Below, one piece after another: positions 1-14,535 of a stretch of 64,000 bases of DNA. Origin of the DNA: the human T2T-CHM13v2.0 reference genome, Homo sapiens. Positions within the stretch are counted from its first letter, which is position 1. The number at the start of each line of letters is the position of its first letter. Both the position numbers and the translations under genes were made by a program. The stretch lies in assembly GCF_009914755.1 (NCBI RefSeq), contig NC_060927.1; one strand, written 5' to 3'. Below the pieces are notes generated by a model that saw nothing but the letters and a program-made list of their open reading frames with translations, made no database searches and was not told the origin of the DNA.

Positions 1-190
1 GATACCTGTACACACAGATTCATACGCACTTTATACATACCCACTATCGATTCTAAAGTAATATGACTGTTTGACAAACACACCTGAACTTATATATCCA
101 AATGTAGCCTACCCCTTTCCACATGAAAGCATATTTCTACATTCTGATTTTCCAGCTTCGGGGATTTCACTTTTTGGGAATGTTTTATTT

Positions 191-498
191 GTTTGTTTGT
201 TTTGTTTTGTTTTGTTTTTTTTAGACGGAGTCTTGCTTTGTGGCCCAGGCTGGAGTGCAGTGGTGCGATCTTGGCTCACTGTAAGCTCCGCCTCCTAGGT
301 TCACGCTGTTCCCCTGCCTCAGCCTCCCGAGTAGCTGGACTACGCCTGCCACCATGCCCGGCTAATTTTTTTGTATTTTTAGTAGAGATGGGGTTTCACT
401 GTGTTAGCCAGGATGGTCTTGATCTCCTGACCTTGTGATCCGCCCCCTTCGGCCTGCCAAAGTGCTGGGATTACAGGCGTGAGCCACCGCGCCCAGCC
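191..498 (-). mobile_element. AluY SINE
   Basis: Reverse-complement Alu dimer with AluY-type text (aagctccgcctcc, gatctcctgaccttgtgatcc); TSD gaatgtttt(a/g)ttt at 178 and 499. Confidence 0.93.
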
Positions 499-1203
499 GA
501 ATGTTTTGTTTTTTTAAAACCTTCCAGGGTAGTAAGTTTTGCTCCTTAGAGTGGGTTTGGTTTTTTGAGAACAGCTTAACATCATTTGAAACCAAGTGAA
601 GTAGACGAGCAGTCTGAGTAACATAAATAGTGGTAGAACATGAGCAGAGGGCCTGAGCAATTCTGCCTGAGGAGTTCCCATTTCTTGTTGTTCTAATCTC
701 TTTTATAAAGAGCTGCCAGAGTCCACTTTTAAAATCTGAACTCTGGGGATGAAGTTTTTTGATTCCAAGGCCTCCTCTTTGCAGAATAAAAGTATCAAGA
801 CCTTCCCTAATTAAGCTCAACCTAACTTTACAGACTTACTTCCTATGCTAGTGCCATTAACTCTGGTTGCTTACATTGAACTACTTGACTTTCAATATGT
901 ACCAACCTGATGCCTTTGCCCACGTTGTTCCTTATGGAATAGCCTTTCCTTATTCCCATTGATTTATATTTATTACCCCCTTTTTGCAGAAGTTTTAATG
1001 TGGCCTTCATCATTCCTGCTGAATTCCTACTTATCTTTAGAGATCTATATAATGACAGTTTCTCTGTTTTCCAAATTGTAAGTTAATCTCTCTGAGCTCT
1101 AATAGTACTTTGTGTTGACTTCTATTTTTTAGTATAGCTACTAGAACTACTAAGTTTTTGGTTTAAGTGCCTTCAGTTTTGTATGACTAGCCTTTAGCAG
1201 TGA

Positions 1204-1395
<192 letters not shown>

Positions 1396-1547
1396 TGAAG
1401 ACAATTTCAGAGGGGACCCCCCAAGACATTTTGAGTAATGAATGTAGCTTTTCAAGGATATTTTAAAGATAATACTTGTTTGGCATATATATTCTATATT
1501 CAAATTTCTTTTTTTTTTCTTGATTCCATACCATTAGAGAGATCCAT

Positions 1548-2040
1548 AATGGCAGATTGCTTGTTCACTAGCTCTTCCTACAAAGTGACTTTGAAAATCT
1601 TCCCATAAAGAGGCAGGATCCATATTTCCTACCCTCAAATCTGGATTCAGAAGTGATGCTACATTACTCCTGAAGCTAAGTCATAAAAGCAATATGGCTT
1701 CTGCCTGTTTCTCTTGAGGCACTTGGGACCAGCCACCATGCTGTAAAGAAGCTTAAGTAGCCTGCAAAAAGGACTGTGTGGAGGGGAATCTGGCCCACAG
1801 TCCTGACTGAAGTCTTAATTGACAGCCAGCACCAGCATACCGGCCATACAAGGGAGCCATTTTGAAAATGTATCCTTAAGTCTCCCAGTGAGCTGCCCCA
1901 TCTGAGGAACCATGGAGCTGAGATAAGCTGTTCCCACTGAGTCCTGTCCAAGCTATAGATTTATGAGCAAAATAAGTGATTTTTGTTTTAAGCTACTAAA
2001 TTTTGGAGTTTTTTGTTATGCAGCAATAGACAACTGATCT
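1548..2040 (+). mobile_element. MLT1-family MaLR solo LTR
   Basis: MLT1-type 3' end (ttgttttaagctactaaattttgga...ttgttatgcagcaatagacaactga) and internal cagccaccatgctgt, agccattttgaa. Confidence 0.8.
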
Positions 2041-2189
2041 ATCTTGTATATAGGTCATAGATCACAAAATTTTGATTTGTAAGTCCTAGGCATGATCTTA
2101 TTTCCCTGTTTCAGAGATAGGAAATGAATAATCCAGAGTGCAAGTAGATTTCAGGTATACTATTATTGTGTTCATCTGGCTGGAGGAAG

Positions 2190-2330
2190 ATGGTTTGAAG
2201 AAAAGACTCCCGGATCTGAAGTCAGGAGCCATGGGCTTGAGGTGGAATTTGGGCAAGAGGCCTAATCTCCCTGAGCCCAGTTTATTTTCCTGTTAAATGG
2301 GAATAATAATAACAGACCTGTATTCATCTT
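2190..2330 (+). mobile_element. MIR relic
   Basis: MIR core-like ttgggcaag...ctccctgagcccagttt...tgttaaatgggaataata. Confidence 0.65.
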
Positions 2331-2339
2331 TCTTCTTCC

Positions 2340-3120
2340 CCCATTCATTCACTTACTTAACAATGATTTATAGATTAACTGCAATGAGCTGTGCAAGCAA
2401 TAAACATATAAAGATAAATATTACAAATTTCTTGTTTTCATGGAGTTCATAGCTTACTGGGAGACAGTAACATAATGAAGCTATTATTTCAAAACAGTGC
2501 AATAAGTACCATTATAGAAATAAGTATAGGGTTAAATTGTGACTAGAGGGGAGAGTAGTAAGTTCTGCCTTTGAGTGGTGGGGGCAGTTTCATAGAACAG
2601 GAGACACTAGATTACTCTGTCAAAGGATGAGTATGTGTCACCAAATAGGCAAAGATCAAAAGGGCATTCCAGAGAGGAAAGATATATAAAGGCATAAATG
2701 CATAAGAAAGCATTATGTCTTCAGTCAACTCTAAAAATTTGAGGCCTAGAGGGTAAGAAACAAGATTAGAGCCAGGCAAGGAACAGATATTGGAGAGCCT
2801 TGTGTACCATGGAAAAGAGTTTGGGTTTTGTGTAGGTGAAAGGGAACCTCCAAAATAATTAAACTACAGAGGTAACAGGATTGGGCTGTAATTTAGAAAG
2901 GTATGTAGTAGTGGAGAATGAACTTTGAGGGAGGCAGTGGAGACAGAGGAAAAAGAAAAACGAGATGCCAGCTGGTCTGGCTGGCTGTTTAGGATGCTAA
3001 TATAAAAATCCAGGTGAGAATTGATCAAGGCCTAAGGTAAGGCAGAGGCAAAAAGAAAAAGGGAGGATGAGTCAGGTCTGAGAGAGATTTAATAGGCAGA
3101 ATAGACAGAATTTCTGATGA
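2340..3120 (-). mobile_element. L2 LINE 3' relic
   Basis: cattcattca tail followed by typical purine-rich antisense L2 text (aatccaggtgaga, ggagagccttgtgtaccatgg). Confidence 0.65.
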
Positions 3121-4266
3121 GGCTTTAAACTGATACAAGGATCAAATGTAATAATATATGCTCAAGTATAAAGTATGTACTCTACAAATATGAGAAACAA
3201 TTAATTAGTGATAGAATTTGTAATATAAAACATTTTACGTATGACTCCAAAGAAAACATATCAGCACTGTGTGCCTGATCAGGACATATATTTTCTCCAG
3301 TGTATCAAAAAACTATATGTAACCTTAGTAGGAAGGGTTGAAGCAATTAATATTTAAATTAACAATTACTTTCTGCTAAATCTTTAATCCAACTCCAGTG
3401 ACTGTAAAACACTAAACTTGGTGGAAATGGTGGACGCGAGATGGAGAGAAGTAGGAAGAAGGATGGAGAGGAAGGGGGTAATTAGTGTAGAACTCTAACA
3501 GATCCATGTCCCACACTCTATAAGGGTCTACAATAGTGTGGACCTTTGCTACCTAGAATCTTCAAAGAAGAAAGTAATCTTTACTGTCCTCCTCAATGGC
3601 ATTAAGGAAAAGCACCTTCTTAAGTCTCCCTCCATCATATTCCCTCTAGGCAAAAGAGGGCTAACCACATTGGCTGAGACGTGTTGCTTTGTTCATTCCC
3701 TACAAAAAAATAAGATCTGGAGGAGTTGATTACACATGTGAGTTGATTGCTCATGGCAATATAAAAATGAGCAAGAACTTGCCTGTTCCTCATGGCTTCA
3801 TTTACATATTGCCCCAGGGTCTAACTCAGGAAAATCCCAGGATTGACCACACCTTCAGGTAGTATGGGTTTGTCAGGTACATCCAACATAGGAAAGAGGA
3901 AAGATATGTACAAAAGGCACAGAGATATGAAACAGAATTTTGTGTTGACTTATTTGCAAGAGTCTGAGACCTGGCATGGTGGGAAATGAGACGGGAGAGA
4001 GAGAGAACAAGGGCTAGATCTTGGAGGGCCTCATTGACTTTGAAGGAAATTGGGATGTAGGAGAGAAGAATCCCCAGAAATAACTCAGCCAAGGAAGAAC
4101 CAGGATCAGGTCATAATTTAGAAAGACCTGAAGTCTGTGTGGAGGATGTTGTGGTCCACAGAAGCCTGGGAAGATCAAGATTTCAAGTCCCTGTTTCCCC
4201 AGGAAAAACACATGGGACCTGATCAGGGTGTTTGCATTATAATGCTGTCCAGGTCTGGGTGTTCTT

Positions 4267-5363
4267 TTTTTTTTTTTTAAATTATACTTTAAGTTCTAGG
4301 GTACATATGCACAATGTGCAGGTTTGTTACATAGGTATACATGTGCTATGTTGGTTTGCTTCACCCATCAACTCATCATTTACATTAGGTATTTCTCCTA
4401 ATGCTATCCCTCCTCCAGCCCCCTACCCCGCAACAGGCCCTGGTGTGTGATGTTCCCTGCCCTGTATCCATGTGTTCTCATTGCTCAACTCCCACTTATG
4501 AGTGAGAACATGTGGTGTTTGGTTTTCTGTCCTTGTGATATTTTGCTGAGAATAATGGTTTCCAGCTTCATCCATGTCCCTGCAAAGGATATGAACGCAT
4601 CCTTTTTTATGGCTGCATAGTATTCCATGGTGTATATGTGCCACATTTTCTTTATCCAGTCGATCATTGATGGGCATTTGGGTTGGTTCCAAGTCTTTGC
4701 TATTGTGAATAGTGCCACAACAAACATATGTGTCATGTGTCTTTATAGTAGCATGATTTATAATCCTTTGAGTATATACCCAGTAATGGGATTGCTGGGT
4801 CAAATGGTATTTCTAGTTATAGATCCCTGAGGAATCACCACCCTGTCTTCCACAATGGTTGAACTAATTTACACTCCCACCAACAGTGTAAAAGTGTTCC
4901 AATTTCTCCACATCCTCTCCAGCACCTGTTGTTTCCTGACTTTTTAATGATCGCCATGCTAACCGGCATGAGATGGTATCTCATTGTGGTTTTGATTTGC
5001 ATTTCTCTGATGACCAGCGATGATGAGCATTTTTTCATATGTCCATTGGCTGCATAAATGTCTTCTTTTGAGAAGTGTCTGTTCATATCATTTGCCCACT
5101 TTTTGATGGGGTTGTTTTTTTCTTGTAAATTTGTTTAAGTTCTTTGTAGAGTCTGGATATTAGCCCTTTGTCATATGGGTAGATTGCAAAAATTTTCTCC
5201 CATTCTGTGGGTTGCCTGTTCACTCTGATGATAGTTTCTTTTGCTGTGCAGAAGCTCTTTAGTTTAATTAGATCCCATTTGTCAATTTTGGTTTGTGTTG
5301 CCATTGCTTTTGGTGTTTTAGATATGAAGTCTTTGCCCATGCCTATGTCCTGAATGGTATTGC
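4267..5363 (-). mobile_element. 5'-truncated L1PA (L1PA5/6-like), ~1.1 kb
   Basis: Poly-T then L1 3'UTR; ORF2 C-terminal remnants ([11 protein letters not shown]...[19 protein letters not shown]); 17 bp TSD at 4250 and 5363. Confidence 0.95.
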
Positions 5364-5892
5364 AGGTCTGGGCATTCTTAACTCAAGGGATCCTTGAGTA
5401 AAAGTGATAGTGGGATCTTTACACTGATCCCACTAACAGCAAGTTACCAGGTCTTCATTTTCTTGCCATCCTTTTAATCACAGATAAGTGTTCTTCATAC
5501 TGGCCTTCCCTCTCATCTCTAGCCGGAAAACCATTGGTACTTGCCCCAGGTAGGAGGAGGAGCAGAGAACAGAAGGTTTCTGTGGAGCTGCGTTAATCAC
5601 CAAGGAGAGGCAGATGGCTCCAAGCCCACAGAGTGTGACCCAGGTAAGTTTAAAAGTGTGGCCGAAACCCAACAAACACCTCCCTGTAATTTTGCCCTCT
5701 CTACCCTTAGGTGAAAATGAGTCAAGCAAGGGAGTAGCCAAGCAGAATGCTGGGACAGTCATGGTTCTTTACAGACAAGGAGGCCCCATGGTCTTCATTA
5801 GGGAGAGAGGAAGATTTTCAAGGGGTTCTGGAATTTTCTGATTTTTCAATTGTTTTCCTGTTTCTTCTTTTTTTAAATTTAATTTAATGTAA

Positions 5893-6204
5893 TTTTATTT
5901 TTTATTATTTTTTTTTTTTTTTGGTGACTGGGTCTTGCTCTGTTGCCTAGGCTGGAGAGCAGCGGTTCAATCATAGCTCACTGTAACCTCAAACTCCTGG
6001 GCTCGAGCAATCCTTCTGCCTCAGCCTCCTGAGTAGCTGGGAATGCAGGTGCGTGCACCCACCCCTGGCTAATTATTATTATTTTTTTGTAGAGATGGAG
6101 TCTTACTATGTTGCCTAGGGTCTTGAACTCCTGGCCTCAAGGGATCCTCTCACCTCGGCCTCCCAAAGTGTTGGGATTACATGTGTGAACCATTGCGCCC
6201 AGCC
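5893..6204 (-). mobile_element. AluJ
   Basis: Diverged Alu dimer with J-type text (ctcaaactcctgggctcgagcaatcc). Confidence 0.88.
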
Positions 6205-7884
6205 TACTTTTCTATTTCTTTAGCTTTCTTTCTCATTTTGCTCTCTAGCACAGTAAATTTTCCTCTATTATTTAGAAAACCTATCCCTGTGCTGAGTATT
6301 TAATAGATTATTAAAATTTGCCATGAACTTATTTTATTTTAAAAGGTTAAATAGGAATGAGGAAGCAAAATTTAGATGAAGTAGATTTGTTAATCACTGG
6401 AGGTAGAAAGAGAGTTTCAGTAATCTGTTGCTGCAATCATTGACTCTCTAGTCCAAGAGGCATCTTGAAGACCAGTGCCTCTGATTTGATTTTCCCCTAC
6501 AATCCTAAGCAGTGGTTTCCCTGATGACCATGAATATATATAGCATAGGCATCTCATTGCCTTTCCAAGCAGCCCCTCTGACAGCCAGAACTGAAATCTG
6601 CTTCTCATAATGGTCACCCACCACTCAGAATTCTACTCTCCTACATGAAATAACTTTTACCATTTCCTTGTAGTAGAGTAGCGGAACAAACAATGACACT
6701 AAAATCACAAGCACAGCAACCAATGCAGCAAAAGCTAGGACCAGTGCCACATGTTTTGCCATCATCACTTTTTTGATTGACTGCATTTGCTGTCCTTTGC
6801 AAACTGTTGCTCTGTCCCTCCTTCCCTTTAGCCTGCTCTTCCAATAAGTAAAATATGGAGAATCTGGTCTTTACTAAGAGTAGCATAAATGTAGTTCTTA
6901 AGTCATTCCCAATTTGGAGCACTCTACACTATACTATCCTGAGCTTCGGATTAAGGCCTGAGTTTTCCTGACTTGAAATTTGAAGGGAATTCTTTTTGTT
7001 GTTGTTTTTCCTGGTAAGACTCTGCAGCTTTGCTGAGAAGAACCTAGTGGATAGGGAATATCCAATTTCTTATCTCCTGGCAACATGAGATTTCCAGAAT
7101 CTTCCACAATCACTAAAGGGTCAGATCTTTGGGACTTCATCCCTTTGTTATAAGGTGACTTAGCAACAACAGTTTGGTTGCAATTGAAGATGCAGTTTTG
7201 AAGTATTGTCTCTTTTTGTGGCCTTTCTTCCTCCCTCTCTAAAATGAGTGAGTAGGTGGGTGAATGTGTATGGCAAAAGATGGGAGGAAAAGGTGGGCCA
7301 GGCAGTTGGAATTGTTTCTTAGTGTGGTTGGGTCTCACAGCTTTTTATGGTTGTTTTGCTCCTATCCTCCAGGCCCCTTTGGCCAACTCCTTCCCCACCC
7401 TTTCATCCTAAAGCCCCCAAAACCACAACCACAGTCAAATAATTAAACACACGAAACAAATAAAACTGCTTCTGTGTGAATATGTTTCTCTGGTCATGCC
7501 ATCCCTGTGAGAGACGCCTCCCTCGTAAACAGTAACAGGCAGAATTTCTCTAGCAAGGCAGGCACACAACAGACTCTGCACCTTCAAGGCAGAAGCAGAA
7601 GGGAAGGCCAGTGCCTCTGGGTTAGGGCCTGTTGGTTCTTGGAAGGCACTCCCAAGAATCCTGGCAAACTCTGCAGGGAGAGGAAGACAAAAATTTCCAG
7701 TGTTTGCAGCCAACAGGGCCACGTGTTCATTCAATAAAATTTATGACTTGGTTGGTCTCTATGGGCTTCTGGCTGAGTGAAGGTGAGAGAAATCTGTGGT
7801 AATTGCAGATCTGGCATGACCAAAGATGAGCCAATTTTAAACAACCTTCTAATGTAAACTTTTAAGGAGACATTTAAAACTTCG

Positions 7885-8169
7885 AGCTTGAGGCTCATGT
7901 CTGTAATCCCAGCACTCTGCGAGGCCGAGGTGGGAGCATTGCGTGAGGCCAAGAGAGTTTGAGACCAATATGAACTACATAGTGAGACAGTCTCTATAAA
8001 ACATAAAATTATGCCTTAGTCCTAGCATCTTGGAAACCTGAGGTGGGATGATTGCTTGAGCCCGGGAGTTTGAGTCTGCAGTGAGCCATTACTGTACCAT
8101 TGCACTCCAGCCTGAGCCACAGAGTGAGGCTCTGTTTCTAAAAGACAAAATAAAAAAGATAAGAAAAAA
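7885..8169 (+). mobile_element. AluJ, diverged
   Basis: ggctcatgtctgtaatcccagcac...gattgcttgagcccggg...A-rich tail. Confidence 0.85.
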
Positions 8170-8472
8170 CCCTGTCTCAGAATCCTAAAATCCAACTAAA
8201 GGGTTAAGTTCTAAAAATGATAATTATGAATTTTGCAAATTTCCTGTCCTTATAGTCCCAGCATGGAGTGACAAGGTTATTGGTGAGCACTAACACTCAA
8301 CTGAGAAGCTTTCAGAAAATACTGTCATCTGGGGCTTACCAAAGACCAGTTAAATCAGAAATACTACCAAGTGGGGTATTTATATCCCTGTAAAAGTTCT
8401 CCGTGAACTTAATGGGCAGTCAGGGTTCAGCATCACTGCATTGAATAAACCAGTCTATGAAAGTCTTGCTAG

Positions 8473-8796
<324 letters not shown>

Positions 8797-9137
8797 TAAC
8801 ATTGTGCCACATTGCTATATTTTGTGACTAGAGATGATATGGGCCCTCAGGGAGAGGAACTGATGATAGCTGCTGGAGTCTGAACAGGGCTTAGTCTGAG
8901 GAAGGAGGAAAACCAACAGAGAACAGAGTCAAGGACAGCAAAGGAGGAAGAAGACGTTTTAAGGAGTATGGCCTGGTCAAAGTGGTCTGGTCCTACAATG
9001 CAATAACTTGAAATGTCTCCATATTGTACAACAGGTGGATTATTGGTGACCTTAGTGAGATCAGCTGCAGTGAGATTTCACTTGGCTGAGGAGATAAGGA
9101 AACAGAGATAAGTGTGGACTAAAATTTTCAGAATTCT

Positions 9138-9435
9138 GGCCAGGCGCAGTGGCTCACGCCTATAATCCCAGCACTTTGGGAGACTGAGGCGGTCGAATCA
9201 CGAGGTCAGGAGTTCGACACCAGCCTGACCATTGTGGTGAAACCAAGTCTCTACTAAAATTACAAAAATTAGTCAGGCATGGTGGTGCCTGCCTGTAATC
9301 CCAGCTACTCAGGAGGTTGAGGCAGGAGAATCACTTGAACCCAGGAGGCAGAGGTTGCAATGAGCTAAGATCGTGCCACTGCACTCCAGCCTGGGTGACA
9401 GAGTGGGACTTTGTCTCAAAAAAGGAAAAAAAAAA
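9138..9435 (+). mobile_element. AluSg-like
   Basis: Full dimer, atcacgaggtcaggagttcg; TSD-like aatttt(c)agaattct on both sides. Confidence 0.9.
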
Positions 9436-9481
9436 GTAATTTTAGAATTCTAGCTGAGAAGCAACAGAAAGTCTTAAAAGA

Positions 9482-9882
9482 TGTCAAAAGACAGAATTAC
9501 AATAAATTTAGTTTAAAAATTGAATTGGCTTTATTTGCAATTCTAGAATCAGCAACACCTCATTCTGAGGGTTCCAATTTGCTGAGCAGAGGAGGTTGGC
9601 TTTATGGGCAGAAAACGGCTGAAGAAAGTGGAAATGAACAACAAAAAATAGATTGGTTGTTTCAAAGTGACTTTCCTTATAGGGTTAAAACAGAGGGGAC
9701 TTCCTTATTACACTGACTCAGGTTGACTGGAATCTCCTAATTTTTAGAAAATGAGCTCATTTCAAAGTTCACTTTGATTATGTGGCACTTAGTACAAGTG
9801 ACCTCATTCTGGTTTGGTCTGGCCTGCCAGGGCCTAGTGCAGGAGGCTAGCCCAAAACAATAGCCTCCCATAAACTTTAACA
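9482..9882 (-). mobile_element. ERV1 (MER4-group-like) solo LTR
   Basis: TG...CA ends; minus strand begins tgttaaagtttatgggaggctattgttttgggctagcctcctgcactaggccc...cagaccaaaccagaatg; exact family not assigned. Confidence 0.6.
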
Positions 9883-9949
9883 AAAGGGATACAGGATTCA
9901 GGAATTTTAATTTTTTTATTTTGTATTTATTCAATAATGGGTTAGATCT

Positions 9950-10742
9950 GAGTGTGTGTGTGTGTGTGTGTGTATATATAAATAATATACGTATACGTAT
10001 ACGTATAACATATGTATATGTATACATATATGTATAACATATGTATATGTATACATATATGTATAACATATGTATATGTATACATATATGTATAACATAT
10101 GTATATGTATACGTATATGTATAATATATGTATAACATATGTATATGTATACATATATGCATAATATATGTATAACATATGTATATGCACACATATATGT
10201 ATAACATATGTACATGCACACATATATGTATAACATGTATATGCACACATATATGTATAACGTATACGCACACATATATGTATAACACATGTATATGCAC
10301 ACATATATGTATAACATATGTATATACACACATGTATAACATGTATATGCACACACATGCATAACATGTATATGCACACACATATGTATAACATGTATAT
10401 GCACACAATATGTATAACATATGTATACACACACATATATGTATAACATATGTATATGCACACATATGTATAACATATGTATACGCACACATATATGTAT
10501 AATATATGTATAACATGTATATGCACACATATATGTATAATATATGTATAACACATGTATATGCATACATATGTATAATATATGTATAACACATGTATAT
10601 GCATACATATGTATATGTATAACACATGTATATGTATACATATGTATAATATATGTATAACACATGTATATGTATACATATATGTATAATATATGTATAA
10701 CACATGTATATGTATACATATATGTATAATATATGTATATGC
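9950..10742. repeat. (GT)n microsatellite followed by a complex TA/CA/TG minisatellite (27-29 bp units, 38-40 bp higher-order units)
   Basis: Directly visible; core unit tataacatatgtatatgtatacatatatg. Confidence 0.97.
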
Positions 10743-11295
10743 TAAGGAGAGGGAATGGATGAAAATATAGGAGGCTAGAGGGAGTAACATGGCTCCTGAA
10801 AATGTACAGGAATGGAAGTAGTAGCCTTGGACAGGAAGAAAGAAGAGACTTCACTGTCATTGTAACAGAGAGGAAGAAGCAGTCCCTGGTGTGGATGCAA
10901 AATGTTTAGGCAGGGGCATGGGTAGGAATGTGAGGACCTGTTTGCCTCATGGCCTCTAATTCACTGTAAAGTGGAGGTAAGATCATTTGCAGGGTTTCTT
11001 AGTAAAGCCATTGCCCTCTGAGGTCTCTGGAACCATTGAGATAGAATGAGGCCACAGCTGAGCACACCCTCATTTCTCACTCCCTCCTGACACACAGAAG
11101 AGGGGACAGGTGCTATGTCTGCTGGGAACTGAGGTGCGGGCAGTATGGGAGACAGTTGGTTCCCTCTGTGTGGCTTTCTCCATCTCACATCACTCCTTAC
11201 CTCCACTCATGCATTCGCCTGCCTCCTGCAGACTGCAGAGCCCTTCTGTTTTCTGTCTGTTCATTGTTCCTTCTTTCCTTCCATTGTGTCAGAAT

Positions 11296-11385
11296 CTCCG
11301 CCTTTGATTGGCCACCACTGCTGCTGTCCTTAAGTGTCTTTGCCTTTTGTTATAAATGCTGAAAGTCTGATAATGTATCACTATT
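11296..11385 (+). promoter_or_regulatory. Candidate Pol II core promoter (GC box, reverse CCAAT, TATA, Inr-like)
   Basis: ctccgcc 11296, attgg 11307, tataaa 11351, tcAct with A at 11380; canonical spacing, motif evidence only. Confidence 0.3.
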
Positions 11386-11824
11386 GATAGGTAATCAGAG
11401 GGCTCTTTTCCTTCCACAAGACTTGCTGATAAATAAAGGGTATTGGAAGTCATTATATACCATTCGAAACATTTCTAGCCTTCTCAAAAATAAAAGACCA
11501 AATTCAATGGTGAGTATGAATAAATAATGAAGGGCCGGGTTTCTGGGCCAGTGATCTTTCATTTTCATCTTGCTGTTTCTGTTCTTCACTTCTCCAAGCT
11601 CAAGCCTGGGAAAGGTGTGATGAAGGCTATCAAAGATGAATTCAAAATATAGTATGCAACAGCTACCAAAGGGCAACTTCATATTGATTTTCCTTTCAAT
11701 GAGCCACAGGTCTGGCTTACTTGGTTTAACATCCTGCTAGAATCAGGCAGTCTTTGGACTCAGTTCAGCAGTTTCTGGTTGGCATGAAGATTCATCTAAT
11801 GGAGAAATTGAGAACACTAAAGAA

Positions 11825-13030
<1,206 letters not shown>

Positions 13031-13149
13031 GTTTTAAGATTTTTGCAGTAAGTATTTAGAGCAATATTGTAGGGTCTTATTAAGTCCAAGGCTTTTTATT
13101 TTTCTCCCGTGACTCCGCCACAGTCCCTGCTGTAAAATACAGTGGCTCT

Positions 13150-13800
13150 TCATGGTAAATTCCAATTTTAAGTAGCATTAAATGTGGCTGTACTCAGTTC
13201 TTTATTTTTAACTCATAATATTTGGGTCAGCATTTTTAGATAAAACGGATGCTATGTCTTTTGCCATAGCAAACAGGAAGGTATCTATTATTCTCTTTGC
13301 TGATGACATGGTCCTTCACTGAATGGTTGGTTTCTATCAGGAGAAACAGCTTGGTGTCAAGCATGCCATTTTTAGAATGTACTCTTGTTTAACAGAGCTT
13401 TATTAAACAGATAGATAAGTATAGTTATATTTCAGGGGTGGTGCTGTGTATTTTGGGACCAGCATCACCCATCGGAGCCATGGAGATTCAATTCTGCTTC
13501 AAATTAATAGCTCCACAGGATCCACATGAAAGTTCTTAACTGGCAGGTACAGATGGAAACTAACTTCTATCCTAAAAATCCCTCAGGCCAGGTGTATCTC
13601 TTAACGCTGTAGGTGCAGAAATTTAGAGCTTCACCATACTTGTTAGTGTCTTGGAGACATATCCAAAGTTGCTTTGTAGAGAAAAGTCTTATTTACCTGT
13701 AGATTTTCTTAGCCTACTCTATGTTTAAGGCCATACTCCTAGGTAAGAGCATAAACTGGACTCTACTTTCCTTAATTGTCTACATGACAGGTGTTTCAGC
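13150..13800 (+). mobile_element. Ancient RTE-X/L4-like LINE reverse-transcriptase fossil
   Basis: In-frame RKVSIILFADDMVL (FADD at 13296-13307), then IKQIDKYSYISGV (13402-13440) and L-Y-GAEI-* (13607-13626), in the expected RT order. Confidence 0.65.
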
Positions 13801-14169
13801 CCAATACTTTCAATCAGGTATGAACATTATGAACTCATTAGTAAACATAGTTTTGGATTGTCTTCTATGGAAAACGTATTAAAGCCCATATGGGAAAAAT
13901 GTTATGTGAGAAATACAGCCAAAAAGAGATGCTAAACACTCATTCTTTAGCTTCTCTGAGCTCCTTCCTGGTATTGAGTTGCTATACCCTAAACTCAGTT
14001 CTGCAGTGTATTATTGCTCTGTCTCAACAGAAAATTCTGTGCCCAAATTAAGACCTAACAACATGCCCTCAAATTTTACAGACTCTCTCTCTAATATTTG
14101 GAACACGAGATTTTTTTTCTTTATTCGGTGGAAGTCAGAAGCAGAGAAAAAGTTGTTTCTGAAAAAAGT

Positions 14170-14529
14170 TGCTATAGTTTGAAGTTTCCCTCAAAAGTTC
14201 ATGTGTTGGAAACTTAATACCCAATGCAACAGTGTTGAGAGGGAGGTAGGGCTTAATGAGAGGGCTCCAACCAATGGATTAATGTCATTATTAAAAGAGA
14301 GAGTTAGTTATCACAAAGCAGGTTGTTATAAAGGGAGTCCAGCCTTTGATGCCTCTCTGTCTAATGTAATTACTTCTGTCTTCTTCCCTTTCACCATGAG
14401 ATGACCCTTACCAGACACCATGTTTTTGGACTTACCAGCCTTCAGAACCATGAGTTAAATAAACTTTTGTTCTTTATAAATTACCCAGTCTGTGATATTC
14501 TGTTATAGCAGCAGGAAACAGATAAAGAA
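14170..14529 (+). mobile_element. MST-family (MSTB/C-like) MaLR solo LTR
   Basis: tgctatagtttgaa start; aataaacttttgttctttataaattacccagtctgtg...gttatagcagca end. Confidence 0.85.
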
Positions 14530-14535
14530 AAAATT

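Noticed and set aside
9950-10742. Regularly spaced repeats as a CRISPR-like array
   Set aside because: No unique spacers, no cas genes, eukaryotic context; a low-complexity VNTR
9737-10860. Three long overlapping minus-strand ORFs (282-322 aa) rich in Y/I/C/H/M
   Set aside because: Artefact of the minisatellite: the minus strand of this repeat lacks stop codons in all frames
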